64,000 nucleotides of DNA from a virus. Positions 1-10,324 of the stretch are shown one piece after another. The DNA lies in the IMG/VR virus record IMGVR_UViG_3300037104_000796, positions 64,001-128,000 of that record. One strand, 5' to 3'. The first letter of the stretch is position 1. Each line of letters opens with the position of its first letter. The notes beneath the pieces were generated by a model, which was not told the DNA's origin, made no database searches, and saw only the letters and a list, made by a program, of their open reading frames with translations. The position numbers and the translations under genes were made by a program.

Positions 1-28
1 CGCAAATAGCTTTTTGCAAAGCGCGTCC

Positions 29-769
29 TTAATATCTTTTTCCTATTTTAATTATAGGTTCATTTCTTTTAAAAATCAATTCTTCTATTTGTTCAAAATT
101 GATATAATCATTCTCATCGACTCGAATTAAACGATAATCATTTTTTAAACACCATTCTTCAAGTAATTTGTCTTTTACTTGTTTTAGTTCCAATTGTCCA
201 TTTATGTCTTTAAAATGCCAAATTCCATCATATTCAAAACAAACTTTTAAAATGTCTGAATACAAATCTCTTGTTAAACTTACATGATTAAATATCAGCC
301 TTCCTCCTGTTTTCCAATGATATTGAGGATAAGTGATTTTAAAATAATCTACTATATTTCGTTCTGTTTTTGATGAGAATTTTTTATTTTTGCTTTGTTT
401 TTCAAAATACGAATCATTATCATATTTTCCTTCTTTCCAGGCCTTTGCAACAGATTTGCTTGTTTGCGCTTTACTTTCTTCTGTTCTTTTTCGTAGTTTA
501 TTAGCGCAAGAAATGCTACAAATTTGCTTTGTTATAGGCTTATTTTCTCGGTGTCTTACAGTAAATTCTTTTCCACAAATTACACAATGAAGTTTTTCTT
601 TAATGATTTTTCCTCCATTTAAATTTTCTTCTCTTTCGATAAATTTGGCTCGAGAAAGTTCTTTGGATTTCAAATTTTTATATGCGTATCCTAAATGTTT
701 CCATCTGTGATGATTTGCTTTTGCTTGAAAAGTTTCAAATTCAATTCCACATTCTTCACATTTATACAT
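29..769 (-). CDS. Homing endonuclease-like protein: N-terminal Zn fingers plus Vsr/DUF559-type nuclease domain
   Basis: CEEC...H, CVIC and CSISC Zn motifs; C-terminal SKTE...DLY...FEYDGIWH...YRLIRV pattern. Confidence 0.7.
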   Translation of the reverse strand: MYKCEECGIEFETFQAKANHHRWKHLGYAYKNLKSKELSRAKFIEREENLNGGKIIKEKLHCVICGKEFTVRHRENKPITKQICSISCANKLRKRTEESKAQTSKSVAKAWKEGKYDNDSYFEKQSKNKKFSSKTERNIVDYFKITYPQYHWKTGGRLIFNHVSLTRDLYSDILKVCFEYDGIWHFKDINGQLELKQVKDKLLEEWCLKNDYRLIRVDENDYINFEQIEELIFKRNEPIIKIGKRY

Positions 770-856
770 ATCTAAGGTTCGCAGTATATTTTTATTAGTA
801 CAATATAATACAAATTTGCTTAATTATACTATTTATTCTGTTAAATTTTTGTTAAA

Positions 857-1138
857 TTATGCAGTTGGTGTTACAGGTGCAACTACTGTTAAAGCTGCTA
901 AAGCTTTTTTCTCGGCTCTTCGACGTTTAATCTCAGAAATAAGAAGAATAACTCCCCATGCAATAAGAATAACTCCCACAAATTTACTTACTGTAAAGCA
1001 AATAAATACTGCTAAAGCTAAATAACTAAGTTGTGCACAATATGCATAACGCAAAAATTGTTTTACAGCTTTTACTATTTTATCAAAGATGGGTTTAAGT
1101 TTTGAACCATCCCACCAAATTTTAAGTTTTTTAAACAT
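857..1138 (-). CDS. Small membrane protein (2 TM helices)
   Basis: Two hydrophobic segments flanked by basic residues. Confidence 0.55.
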   Translation of the reverse strand: MFKKLKIWWDGSKLKPIFDKIVKAVKQFLRYAYCAQLSYLALAVFICFTVSKFVGVILIAWGVILLISEIKRRRAEKKALAALTVVAPVTPTA

Positions 1139-1148
1139 GTGTTTAATT

Positions 1149-1241
1149 TTATTTTTGTTTACGTTCTGGTAATAAAAGTGCTATTGCAATAAGTACAATG
1201 ATCACTAATACTGGCCAAATTCCTTGTATTATTTCTAACAT
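1149..1241 (-). CDS. 30-aa single-TM peptide (not in ORF track)
   Basis: MLEIIQGIWPVLVIIVLIAIALLLPERKQK fills the gap between portal and the 857..1138 gene. Confidence 0.5.
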   Translation of the reverse strand: MLEIIQGIWPVLVIIVLIAIALLLPERKQK

Positions 1242-1260
1242 ATTTTCTATTTTTTAATTG

Positions 1261-3075
1261 TTACAATCCTAAATCTGTTCCACCTGTGTCTCCACCTGTT
1301 TCACCACCAACTTCTCCACCACCTGCTTCACCACCCGGTTCTTCAGGTGCTCCGCCGCCTAAGTCCATTCCTGCACCGGCTCCAAAGTCCATTCCTCCAC
1401 CGCCTCCGCCAAGGTCTCCGCCGCCAGCTCCTTCATCTCCTGTACCTTTAGTAGCATTTACACGTTTAACAGCATCTGCAATACGGGTAAGTTGTTCTCT
1501 TCTTTCTTTCTTATATCTTTCATTGATCTTGATATCTTCATCAGTAAAGTTCATGTATCTTTCAACCAAGAATTTAGGGTCAAAATACATACCTTCATTT
1601 GTGATATTTCCTTCACCATCAACTTCTGGCTGATGTACACCCATAAGGGTATTGACCATTTCAGCACCTTTGCCATCAATATCTCTTTTCTTAGCTTCTG
1701 TAAATAAGTTTTCTTCAACGAATTCAAGACTGATTGCACCTCTTAAAGATTTATCTTTAATGAATACAGGGTGTTTGAGACAGAACTGAATCCATGTAGG
1801 TTTCATTAAAATTTCTTGCATAATAGAACGAATTCTATTGATGAAATAATTGAAACGAATTTCTTCTCTTGCAATACCTTCGCCACCTGATGACCAATTT
1901 GCTCCACCACCGCCTTCATCTCCAGTTGATTGGAATCTGTCTTTTGGAATTTTAGTTTCGATAATGAATCTCTTCCAGAAATAATCAAGTGCCATAGTTC
2001 CTGATAAGTCATATCCTGCAGGTTGAATAGAATCTATAATTGTTTCTTGACCTTCTTTTGAAGGTATAATGTATTGTTTTGCGAATGAGAAGTTTGGTGT
2101 TCCGTTAATTGTAACTTCACCACTATGATAATCAATTGTGATATCCTCTTTGTACATACCACGTAATTCAGAAAGTCTTGTTCTTGCTTTTACTTCTGAT
2201 TGTGTACCGATTGGAACTACAATTTTCATACGATATTGTGAGTTAACAACGTTCCAAATAATACGTGAATTTTCCATTGTACGTAACATATTGAATGCTC
2301 TTACAAGTCTTTCAACGTATGATAATCTTGATATGAAGTTTCCCCTAGCCCATGATATGTAAATTACGTTTCCATCAACTAATTCTCTTTGTCTTTCAGC
2401 ATCACCTCTAAACTGAATCCATACTCGATATTCATTATCATTTTCATCTTTACGAATTTCTGGTTCAAGAGAGCAAGGATCAAGTTCTTTAAAACCTAAA
2501 ATGTTTTTTGCATCTTCACTGTTTTCACCATCGTAAATAATTTCAAATGCCAAGAATCCATCAATAAGGAATTTTTTAGTGTAATGCCATCCATCATGGC
2601 CTTGATTAAATCCGAATGCATAATAAACTTTCTTATATGCTTCATTAAGGTCATCAACAATTTCTTTAGCTTTTTCAGCTTTAAGAACTGATTTAAGTTT
2701 TTGCGTATTAGGATAAGCAAAAAAGTTATTATCGTCCTGAACAATTGTTTCGTCTGCAATAACTTCGATAACGTGTTCTATTTCTCCATTCATAGCAAAT
2801 CTACGAAGGAAATCTCTTCTTGTAGGATATTCTTTATCAAAGAAAGCAATAAATTCTTTTGCTCCAATGTCCATACCTGATGCCAACTGATGTTGACCAT
2901 AAAGGCTATACATTGAATCTTCTTGTACTTCAGTAATACCAATTGATTTAGATTGCTTAATAATATTTTGATCCCATCGCATTCCGATAATTGACAAATA
3001 ACGAATATTTCGTTGAATGTTATCTATAAAAGAACGAGGTCCTCTGTCTAAATTTCTAAGTCCGAATCCGGCCAT
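1261..3075 (-). CDS. gp20: T4-like portal protein
   Basis: EIEHVIEVIADETIV, FLIDGFLAFEI and LSYVERLVRAFNMLRTMENSRIIW blocks match the gp20 pattern; Gly/acidic tail. Confidence 0.9.
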   Translation of the reverse strand: MAGFGLRNLDRGPRSFIDNIQRNIRYLSIIGMRWDQNIIKQSKSIGITEVQEDSMYSLYGQHQLASGMDIGAKEFIAFFDKEYPTRRDFLRRFAMNGEIEHVIEVIADETIVQDDNNFFAYPNTQKLKSVLKAEKAKEIVDDLNEAYKKVYYAFGFNQGHDGWHYTKKFLIDGFLAFEIIYDGENSEDAKNILGFKELDPCSLEPEIRKDENDNEYRVWIQFRGDAERQRELVDGNVIYISWARGNFISRLSYVERLVRAFNMLRTMENSRIIWNVVNSQYRMKIVVPIGTQSEVKARTRLSELRGMYKEDITIDYHSGEVTINGTPNFSFAKQYIIPSKEGQETIIDSIQPAGYDLSGTMALDYFWKRFIIETKIPKDRFQSTGDEGGGGANWSSGGEGIAREEIRFNYFINRIRSIMQEILMKPTWIQFCLKHPVFIKDKSLRGAISLEFVEENLFTEAKKRDIDGKGAEMVNTLMGVHQPEVDGEGNITNEGMYFDPKFLVERYMNFTDEDIKINERYKKERREQLTRIADAVKRVNATKGTGDEGAGGGDLGGGGGGMDFGAGAGMDLGGGAPEEPGGEAGGGEVGGETGGDTGGTDLGL

Positions 3076-3093
3076 TTTTGATAGTTATTTATT

Positions 3094-3816
3094 TTATATA
3101 TTTAACGTGACATTTAGTTTTGTTTTATTGTCTACATTATAATGTTGTCCTCTTTTTGATTTAATCATATTTTCAATAAACATTTTATATTTTGAAGTTC
3201 CTTCAATTTCTCCATATTTTTCAATAAATCCTTGTAATCTTGATTTATCTTTTCTTTCTTTTAATTTACTTATATACGTATTATATAAAATTAATCCTTC
3301 AGTTTCTCCATATCTTTTTGAAAAATGATATAAATTATTTTTTCCTTCTGTACTGTGTTTGATTTTATCTATCGTTTTTTGTGTTACTATTTTTCCAATA
3401 TGCGAAATACTTAAATTGTGTTTATGATCTTCAGAAAAACTTTGTCCTTTTTTTCCATTACTTATTTTTTTTCGTGTTTCTGTTGACATTTGTAAAGACG
3501 ATAATAATTCTTTTGCGTATGCATAATCTCTAGATGAAACTATATTTCCATATCTTTTATTAAATGACATATAGAAGAATGCTTGAGCTATTTTTCTATT
3601 TTCTTTATAAATGTATGTTAGTAATTTATGACAAACAAAATGTTCTCTAGCAGTTAATAAAACTTTATTATTTTGATCTTCATTTACTCCAATACATTTA
3701 GGTAAAATATGATGATTTTCATAATAAATATAGCCTATTTGATTTTTCTTTATTCTAATTCTATTTTCAAATTTTGCTTTTTGAATTATAGTTTCGTAAA
3801 CTTTTTGATGATTCAT
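3094..3816 (-). CDS. HNH homing endonuclease (Mob-like) with NUMOD3-type repeats
   Basis: YENHHILPKC...NKVLLTAREHFVCHKLL; SxETRKKIS repeats. Confidence 0.85.
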   Translation of the reverse strand: MNHQKVYETIIQKAKFENRIRIKKNQIGYIYYENHHILPKCIGVNEDQNNKVLLTAREHFVCHKLLTYIYKENRKIAQAFFYMSFNKRYGNIVSSRDYAYAKELLSSLQMSTETRKKISNGKKGQSFSEDHKHNLSISHIGKIVTQKTIDKIKHSTEGKNNLYHFSKRYGETEGLILYNTYISKLKERKDKSRLQGFIEKYGEIEGTSKYKMFIENMIKSKRGQHYNVDNKTKLNVTLNI

Positions 3817-3818
3817 TT

Positions 3819-4523
3819 TTATTTATTAGCGTTTTTATTGTCCCAATATGTTCTGTGAATTTCAGCTATGTTAATTTTCTTAAATGATTGCTGAGCATCA
3901 TAAAAAGGTATGTATTTCCATTCTTCATATTCAATCATTCTAAACTTTGCCAAATTTTGTAAGTGATATGATCGATAAGCATATTCAAAAAATGCTCCTT
4001 GTTGGTCATTAAATTGTTTAAAAAGTTGTGGGTTTTTACCTGTTAAAGAAATTATCATGTAATTTATGTTGACTGCCAATTTGTTATACTCTGTTTTCTC
4101 TTCTATTCTATCAAGAAATAATTTATAGTTATTAAAATATGCTTGTAAAAATTTCAATCTTTCTGAAGATGGCAACATCGTTAGATTCAATCCTTTCATT
4201 AAAGCTGTCATTGGATTAAATGAAGTACAAAAACAGATAGGTGTAAAATCGTGAAACTGAATAGTTTTTCCGGTTTTAAGATTTTGAAGTTCCTGTAAAT
4301 TATTAGGACTTAAATTGATAAATGTGTAAATCATTCCTGGGACAGGTCTTCCAAAAGCTAATCTTTTAACAAGTGATTCTTGATCTGTAGATTCAATATC
4401 AATTAGTTTGTGATCACCCTTTAAATCATATTTCAAATACGTATTAAACAAACGATCATACGCGACATCACGAATGTTATCTATATGTTTTAATTTTTCA
4501 TATGTATCTTTGGGTGAGTCCAT
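3819..4523 (-). CDS. gp2: DNA end protector protein (T4 gp2-like)
   Basis: PGMIYTF, GLNLTMLP..ER and RSY...IEYEEW pattern; lies near gp4 as in T4-like phages. Confidence 0.65.
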   Translation of the reverse strand: MDSPKDTYEKLKHIDNIRDVAYDRLFNTYLKYDLKGDHKLIDIESTDQESLVKRLAFGRPVPGMIYTFINLSPNNLQELQNLKTGKTIQFHDFTPICFCTSFNPMTALMKGLNLTMLPSSERLKFLQAYFNNYKLFLDRIEEKTEYNKLAVNINYMIISLTGKNPQLFKQFNDQQGAFFEYAYRSYHLQNLAKFRMIEYEEWKYIPFYDAQQSFKKINIAEIHRTYWDNKNANK

Positions 4524-5182
4524 TATGCATTATTTTGTTTGCAATTCTCTCCGTGATATTTTTTAAAATTTCCCGGATCAATTTCTCTATGACAGTGAGG
4601 ACATAATTTTTTGATACGTTTAAGTGCCCCTTTTTCATAATTTTTAATTTGTTCTTTTGTACGATGTTTCCCAGATAATGATTTTGAAAGTTTTAACGTA
4701 TATTCTTTCATTTTTTTATCAGCTTTTTCTTTTCCTAATGTGTTAAACCAATGATCATATACAGATATACCATGCATGCCATTTTTATTTCCCTTTCGAG
4801 AATTGCCCATTTTGTCTTTTGTTTCTTTTGATGCTGTTAACCCCGTATGAGCCTTACGTATTTTATTTTTTGATTCTTCTGAATGTTTAAAACAATTTTT
4901 AACACAAAGTCCGCCCGTAGGACTTATATTATAGCCTATAGGCACTAATGTGTTATATTTAACTATGTATTTTTCTTGTGCGTCAAATGCTTCTTTTTTT
5001 GTTTCAAAAAATTCTAGAATTTCCTTTTTAAAATTTTGTCTATCATATTTATTTAAAGCTCTAATAATATTTCCACTACCTAAATATGTATCATTTAAAT
5101 CATCAGTAGAATGATCACCCACATATTGCTTTCCGTTTATTGAATTTGTAGTAATATAAACAAAATTAAATTTTTTCTCCAT
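4523..5182 (-). CDS. GIY-YIG (Seg-like) homing endonuclease
   Basis: FVYITTNSINGKQYVG...YLGSG...FKKEILE; NUMOD3-like repeats. Confidence 0.88.
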   Translation of the reverse strand: MEKKFNFVYITTNSINGKQYVGDHSTDDLNDTYLGSGNIIRALNKYDRQNFKKEILEFFETKKEAFDAQEKYIVKYNTLVPIGYNISPTGGLCVKNCFKHSEESKNKIRKAHTGLTASKETKDKMGNSRKGNKNGMHGISVYDHWFNTLGKEKADKKMKEYTLKLSKSLSGKHRTKEQIKNYEKGALKRIKKLCPHCHREIDPGNFKKYHGENCKQNNA

Positions 5183-5222
5183 TTATATTTTAATTTATAT
5201 ATTCACAATTAATCGGAGAATT

Positions 5223-5810
5223 TTAGACGTTACCAGCCCAGAACCTTCCTATAAGCTTTTGAAGAGTGTCTTCTGTAAATACGTAAAATTTTGAATTGTT
5301 TTTTTCAGCCCAAGCATTCATAGCGGCATATTTGGCTTCATTTATTAAATATTCTTTTGCAAGTATGTTGAATCTTCTTTGTTCTTTTAAAGGAGCATTC
5401 ATATTAGGTGGGATAGGTTTTTTTAATTTGCTTGAAGGTTTTATTTCTATAAACATTTTTTGTATTTCTCCTTCGCCTTTATCTACTTCAATCCAGAAAT
5501 CTGTGTTGTAATATTTGACAGCCCAATTTTTAGGGTTGTTAGGATCCAAATTATTACGTTTGCATTCTTCTAATTTTGATACTCTGTCATAGTAAGGAAT
5601 ACGAATTGGTTCTGATGACCAACGAAGAATAGAAGGAGAAAAATCGCACCAACGACAAAAAGAATGTTCCCAAGACGAACGAAATATTACAAGACTTGAT
5701 TCTCCTATATACTTTTTAGGATTTTGAATTTTATAATATCCCTGGCGCGTCTTTGCATCAGGTGCCATATTTGGTCCGTGCCAACGCTTATATGACTCGT
5801 TAAAGGCCAT
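5223..5810 (-). CDS. gp4: Head completion nuclease (T4 gp4, TnsA-like)
   Basis: GYYKIQNPKKYIG, RSSWE, WSSEPIRIPY, DFWIE, IEIKP, NEAKY..A. Confidence 0.88.
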   Translation of the reverse strand: MAFNESYKRWHGPNMAPDAKTRQGYYKIQNPKKYIGESSLVIFRSSWEHSFCRWCDFSPSILRWSSEPIRIPYYDRVSKLEECKRNNLDPNNPKNWAVKYYNTDFWIEVDKGEGEIQKMFIEIKPSSKLKKPIPPNMNAPLKEQRRFNILAKEYLINEAKYAAMNAWAEKNNSKFYVFTEDTLQKLIGRFWAGNV

Positions 5811-5816
5811 TTTATT

Positions 5817-6167
5817 TTATATATTGTAGATTTTATTTCCGCTTACCGATATTTTTTTACTCTTTGGCATATTTCCATAAAGTTTTCTCCACCCCTTTGC
5901 AAATCCGTTCTTAATTATTTGGGTGAAATATGCAAATGCATTTTGAGATTTATTTGGATCATAACCTCTCCAATACTGAAAACAATCCATAACTGCAAAA
6001 GCAATGCAATCTTCTCGATCCTCAGGATAAATGTAATTTAGTTTGGTAGAGAACTTCTTAGCCATTAACATAAACATATCTAATGCTTCTCTCGTTAATT
6101 CATTAGTTGCTTTACATTTTATAATTTCGTTTCTGAGATCACTATTCTTAACGTGGTGCGTCGCCAT
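5817..6167 (-). CDS. gp55: Late-transcription sigma factor (T4 gp55-like, compact)
   Basis: HVKNSDL...YDPNKSQNAFAYFTQIIKNGF resembles gp55 YVNNKEL...NPHAYITQACFNAF. Confidence 0.8.
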   Translation of the reverse strand: MATHHVKNSDLRNEIIKCKATNELTREALDMFMLMAKKFSTKLNYIYPEDREDCIAFAVMDCFQYWRGYDPNKSQNAFAYFTQIIKNGFAKGWRKLYGNMPKSKKISVSGNKIYNI

Positions 6168-6254
6168 ACAATTAAATTTTAATTAAAGTTTAATTTTATA
6201 TAACAAAAACGCGACATAGTTTTATCGCGTTTTAAATATTTATCAATATAAGTA

Positions 6255-6719
6255 TTATTTAGTTGCTTTATCTAATGCTGTTTTAACTTCTTTCTCTTGT
6301 ATGCCTAAATCAACTTTTACCTGTGATTGAGTATTTTGTATATTTTTTTGACTTTGTATCAATTCGACATTGTCCTTTTTTAGTCCTGTTATATCTTTTT
6401 TGTAACTTGCATAAATCCCTGTTATAGTTCCAAATGTAAGTAATACAAATACCGCAATTCCTGTTAAAGTTAGTTTAGGATAACGAAAAGCCCAGAATAC
6501 ATCTTCAAGTTTTTTAGCATTATCTTCATCTGAAGTTTTTAATTTAGTAAGTTCTATTTGTATTCCGGCACGTTCTATTAATGATGCTGTAATCTGTTCA
6601 TCATGTTTTTCAATTTTTACATCAATTTTATTAAAGCGGTCGTGCACATTTATGAATTGGGCGTTCATTAGTGTAGTTAATCCTCGGATTTGCTCTGATA
6701 AAACGTCGTTTGTCATCAT
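6255..6719 (-). CDS. Coiled-coil protein with one TM helix
   Basis: Heptad-rich termini; hydrophobic LTGIAVFVLLTFGTITGIYA. Confidence 0.55.
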   Translation of the reverse strand: MMTNDVLSEQIRGLTTLMNAQFINVHDRFNKIDVKIEKHDEQITASLIERAGIQIELTKLKTSDEDNAKKLEDVFWAFRYPKLTLTGIAVFVLLTFGTITGIYASYKKDITGLKKDNVELIQSQKNIQNTQSQVKVDLGIQEKEVKTALDKATK

Positions 6720-6735
6720 AATAATGTCTTTTTTA

Positions 6736-7452
6736 TTAAACTGCTAATGTTCTTATCATTGATTTTGGAGCACTTTGAAATTCTTGTTCTCCGGATGGTG
6801 TTTGTTTAATTATTTTGATTGCATCTGCATCGCCAATGGCGTTTGTATAATCTATTGCGTTTACGAGAATGTTTTCAATTACTTGTTCTGTTGCTTCATC
6901 AATTAAAACTCCAGGAACATAATTATCTTCATTTGCAAAATCATTAAGGTCTTCAAGTATTTTAACTTGTGATTTGGGCATAAATACTGCTTTTCCTTCT
7001 ATCATAACTTTAACATTTTGATCTTCTTTTGCAGCTTCCCAAAGATTGTATTTCACATAACATTCATTCATTTTGATTGGAACATTGCCGTGATACACAC
7101 CACATCTAACCCATTGTTCGAATAAAAGTTTTTGAGTCTTTTCATCAAATTTCATATGAGGAACAGTAATAAGTTCAGGTTTCTTGTCATATTCTTTAAG
7201 TTCTTTAGGATCAACTAAATATGTTGAGCCCTGAACCATTACAATCAATTTTCCTTCAATTTCGCCAGTAACAAATCCGCGTTCCTTGTTTAAGATAACT
7301 TTATCAAGGATTTGAACTTCTTCATTAAGAACAGGTAGACTTCTTGACGATACTATCTTTTGGAAAAGTTCATATGCCTCAACATCAAACATAGCTTTGT
7401 CGGCTAGTGATTCACATATTTTATCTAAATCTTGTTCTGATAGACTAATCAT
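6736..7452 (-). CDS. Hypothetical protein, probably head-associated
   Basis: Long ORF in head cluster, tightly coupled to 7455..9671. Confidence 0.5.
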   Translation of the reverse strand: MISLSEQDLDKICESLADKAMFDVEAYELFQKIVSSRSLPVLNEEVQILDKVILNKERGFVTGEIEGKLIVMVQGSTYLVDPKELKEYDKKPELITVPHMKFDEKTQKLLFEQWVRCGVYHGNVPIKMNECYVKYNLWEAAKEDQNVKVMIEGKAVFMPKSQVKILEDLNDFANEDNYVPGVLIDEATEQVIENILVNAIDYTNAIGDADAIKIIKQTPSGEQEFQSAPKSMIRTLAV

Positions 7453-7454
7453 AA

Positions 7455-9671
7455 TTATATCTTTTTATTTGATTGAGTTTTTGTTGCATCTTTTTTGGGT
7501 CTTTTCAAGAATACCTTTTTGATTTTTTTAGGTTCTTCAAGATCATCGGGGTTAGCATCTTTATTGAAGTTTGTTCTTTCAAGATTCTTTTCTGGAGGAC
7601 CTGCTGCTTCTTTCTTTTCACCTGGTTTTTCTGATGGTTTTTCACCATTTTCTTCAGTATCTCCTTCTTTTCCAGCTGGTTCGTCTAATCCAAGATCTAA
7701 TTCTGCAGTATCACTTGATCCGCTATCGCCTAAATCTAATCCTTCTCCGCCTTCTGCTGGTGCAGTACCACCGCCACCAACTCCTGCTTCAGGTTCTGCA
7801 CCTGTATCACCACCGCCTTCAACACCTGCTTCTTCTTCACCTTGTGGGTTTTCTAATTCAGCTTCTGCATCTACTTTATCAGCGTATGCTTCAAGATCAT
7901 CAGCACCTAAGTCAACTTTATCGCCATCTTCTGATGGTTCATCGCTTAACATTTCTGAATCGTCATCGTCAAATGTAACTGCTGAAGAAGCACCACCGGC
8001 ACTACCTGGGGCGGTCATATTTGCCATGCCAACTTCTGTTCCAAAATCATCACCTTCAACATTACTATCGCCTTCTGCTCCACCTTCTTCTCCTTTAGCA
8101 GCCATTGCTCCTGTAGGAACAACTACTGTATAAGATTTACCTGATGAATCATCTTGAACTGTGATGTTTAAGTTTTCACTTACATCTGTAAATGATTCAA
8201 CTTTATTAAGATAATTTTTGTAATCGTTTTTAATATCGTTAAGTTCTTCAACAAGGGCATTTACAACTTCTGTTGCAGCTTTACCTGTTTCATTTGAGAA
8301 TTGTTCGATTTTTCCTTCTAACACGTGAATGTAATCTGTATATTCACGTTTTGTTGAATCAATTTCTGATAAAATTCTTTCTTTGTTTGGAAGAATTTCA
8401 GCAAATGTTTTTGATACATCAAATCTCATATGTTCCATCATAATCTTTTCGGCCTGAATAGGGTTGATATTACGATAGAAAGTTGATTTATTGTTAATAG
8501 GATCAAATGTTGTAATGAAAATGTTATCTCTTAATTTGAATACGTCAGCTGCATAATTAGTGTTTTCTTTAAGATAAACTCTTTTAACAAAATCAAGTTC
8601 TGCGATTTCGTCAAAGTTTTCTCTTAAAACTGCAAGTGTTTTGTAAAATTGTGTGTTTCCACCCCATTCTGCTATTGCTGCAGATTCGTTAATTTGATTT
8701 ACAGTAAATATTCCGCCATTAACATAAGTTTCATTTTCTGTTAAAACTGCGTTGTCGTCTCCAATATATACTTTTATATCTTTACGTGAAACTTCGATAT
8801 TTGGAAGATTGATTGTATCGCATAATGTAGTAAAAGCTTCATCAAGTCTGCCAACGTCTTCTTTTTTAAGTTTATTAACGTAATTATTCTTTTTAACATA
8901 ATATGTTCCATGAACATTAAACAAAGCTTCGTTTTCTCCTAAGTAAAGAATAGGTGAGAAAAGTTTGTCTTCGATATCACATTCTGCGTTTGAATATTCT
9001 AATTGAAGTTGAGTGGCATCCAACATAAGTGCATTAAGAATATCATGAACGAAAGGATCATAACTGAATTTGATCAAAGTTTCTTTTAATGAACTCTTTG
9101 ATTGTTCAGTTTTATCACTTAAATAATTATCAACAACATCTTCAATAAGTGGAATAAGGTAATTGCTGCGAGTTTCTTTCATTACCTCAATGATTTTTGT
9201 AATATCTATGTCATTTTTGTATTGTTTAACTTGACTAGCCAAAGCACTTAATTCTGTATCAACTGCACGTAATTGACTAAATCCAGACATAGCTGAAATG
9301 AAGGCTTCGTAAAGAAGTACTTCTGGAGTTGTTTCTAATTTATCACGAAAATCTTCAAGAACCATTTGAAGGGTTATGTCGAGTTTTGCTTCCTTTTCCA
9401 TTAACGTGTTAACAGCTTTTCTAACACCTAAATGTTTAAGTGCATATACTCTTTTTTGGTTAACAAGCCATTTAGCGATTTCTTTATCGCTTGTATATTT
9501 TGTTAAACCTTCAAAGAGGTTTGTTAACGCAACTCGTTCAATTTCAAGTTGGGCATCAGGAGTAACTCCGTTATAAATTGCCGAACTAATAGCACTGATT
9601 GTTGACTCGCATAATGCTTTTACTTCTTGAACTTGTGTAGTTTCTTTTAATTGATTAATTTTCGTGATCAT
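7455..9671 (-). CDS. Large acidic helical protein, possible prohead core/scaffold
   Basis: Coiled-coil body, many L/I-x-E sites, Asp/Glu/Gly-rich disordered C-terminus; head-gene context. Confidence 0.45.
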   Translation of the reverse strand: MITKINQLKETTQVQEVKALCESTISAISSAIYNGVTPDAQLEIERVALTNLFEGLTKYTSDKEIAKWLVNQKRVYALKHLGVRKAVNTLMEKEAKLDITLQMVLEDFRDKLETTPEVLLYEAFISAMSGFSQLRAVDTELSALASQVKQYKNDIDITKIIEVMKETRSNYLIPLIEDVVDNYLSDKTEQSKSSLKETLIKFSYDPFVHDILNALMLDATQLQLEYSNAECDIEDKLFSPILYLGENEALFNVHGTYYVKKNNYVNKLKKEDVGRLDEAFTTLCDTINLPNIEVSRKDIKVYIGDDNAVLTENETYVNGGIFTVNQINESAAIAEWGGNTQFYKTLAVLRENFDEIAELDFVKRVYLKENTNYAADVFKLRDNIFITTFDPINNKSTFYRNINPIQAEKIMMEHMRFDVSKTFAEILPNKERILSEIDSTKREYTDYIHVLEGKIEQFSNETGKAATEVVNALVEELNDIKNDYKNYLNKVESFTDVSENLNITVQDDSSGKSYTVVVPTGAMAAKGEEGGAEGDSNVEGDDFGTEVGMANMTAPGSAGGASSAVTFDDDDSEMLSDEPSEDGDKVDLGADDLEAYADKVDAEAELENPQGEEEAGVEGGGDTGAEPEAGVGGGGTAPAEGGEGLDLGDSGSSDTAELDLGLDEPAGKEGDTEENGEKPSEKPGEKKEAAGPPEKNLERTNFNKDANPDDLEEPKKIKKVFLKRPKKDATKTQSNKKI

Positions 9672-9691
9672 AGTTAATAATTATTTTGATA

Positions 9692-10270
9692 TTAATAATT
9701 TTTTTTATATTTGCCCCTGGGCTTTCCTTTATGGGCTTTTCTTTGTTTATTCTTTGTTTCGTCTGATACTATATGATTCATTAAAGAATTACTTTGGTTT
9801 TTCTTTGTTTCTTCTGAATGTATTTTCCCTATATGAGATATACTCATTAAATGTTTTGTTTCTTCAGTTCTTGTTTTTCCAGTATTCTTTTTTACTCTTT
9901 TTTCTATTATTTCTTTGCTTTGTGTTAAACCTTTATTCCATGCAGGTATTCCTGCCATGTGAAAACTTAAATTTGTGTTAGGCAAATAACGATTATAGCC
10001 ATTAGGAGCCAATGTGTTAAATTTTAAAATATACTCTGATTCACTATTAAGCATATCTTTTGCATTTTCATAATCACTTTGCAAAATTTCCTTTTTAAAA
10101 TTTTCTTTTCCGTATTTTTCGTAATCTTTATTGAGATATTTACTTGATCCCCAATAAATGTCATCTTTTATTTTATCTCTGTAACATACTCTACTACCTA
10201 TATACTGCTTGTTTGTTATTATGTTTGTTATGATATATACGTAATAAAAACATACAGTTCTAGCCCTCAT
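9692..10270 (-). CDS. GIY-YIG homing endonuclease with NUMOD3 repeats
   Basis: YVYIITNIITNKQYIGS, YWGSS, PAWNKG, HSEETK. Confidence 0.88.
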   Translation of the reverse strand: MRARTVCFYYVYIITNIITNKQYIGSRVCYRDKIKDDIYWGSSKYLNKDYEKYGKENFKKEILQSDYENAKDMLNSESEYILKFNTLAPNGYNRYLPNTNLSFHMAGIPAWNKGLTQSKEIIEKRVKKNTGKTRTEETKHLMSISHIGKIHSEETKKNQSNSLMNHIVSDETKNKQRKAHKGKPRGKYKKNY

Positions 10271-10324
10271 ACGTTATTTATTTTATTTATATATTTATTG
10301 TTTTTTCTAAATTTTTTCCCATCT

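Noticed and set aside
1-28. GC-richer stretch at the window edge, possibly the start of a structured RNA
   Set aside because: Too short to evaluate; no tRNA cloverleaf recognised here or elsewhere in the window
1286-1633. Pro-rich plus-strand ORF
   Set aside because: Antisense shadow of the Gly-rich portal C-terminus
7495-8133. Ser/Pro-rich plus-strand ORFs
   Set aside because: Antisense shadow of the acidic Gly-rich tail of 7455..9671
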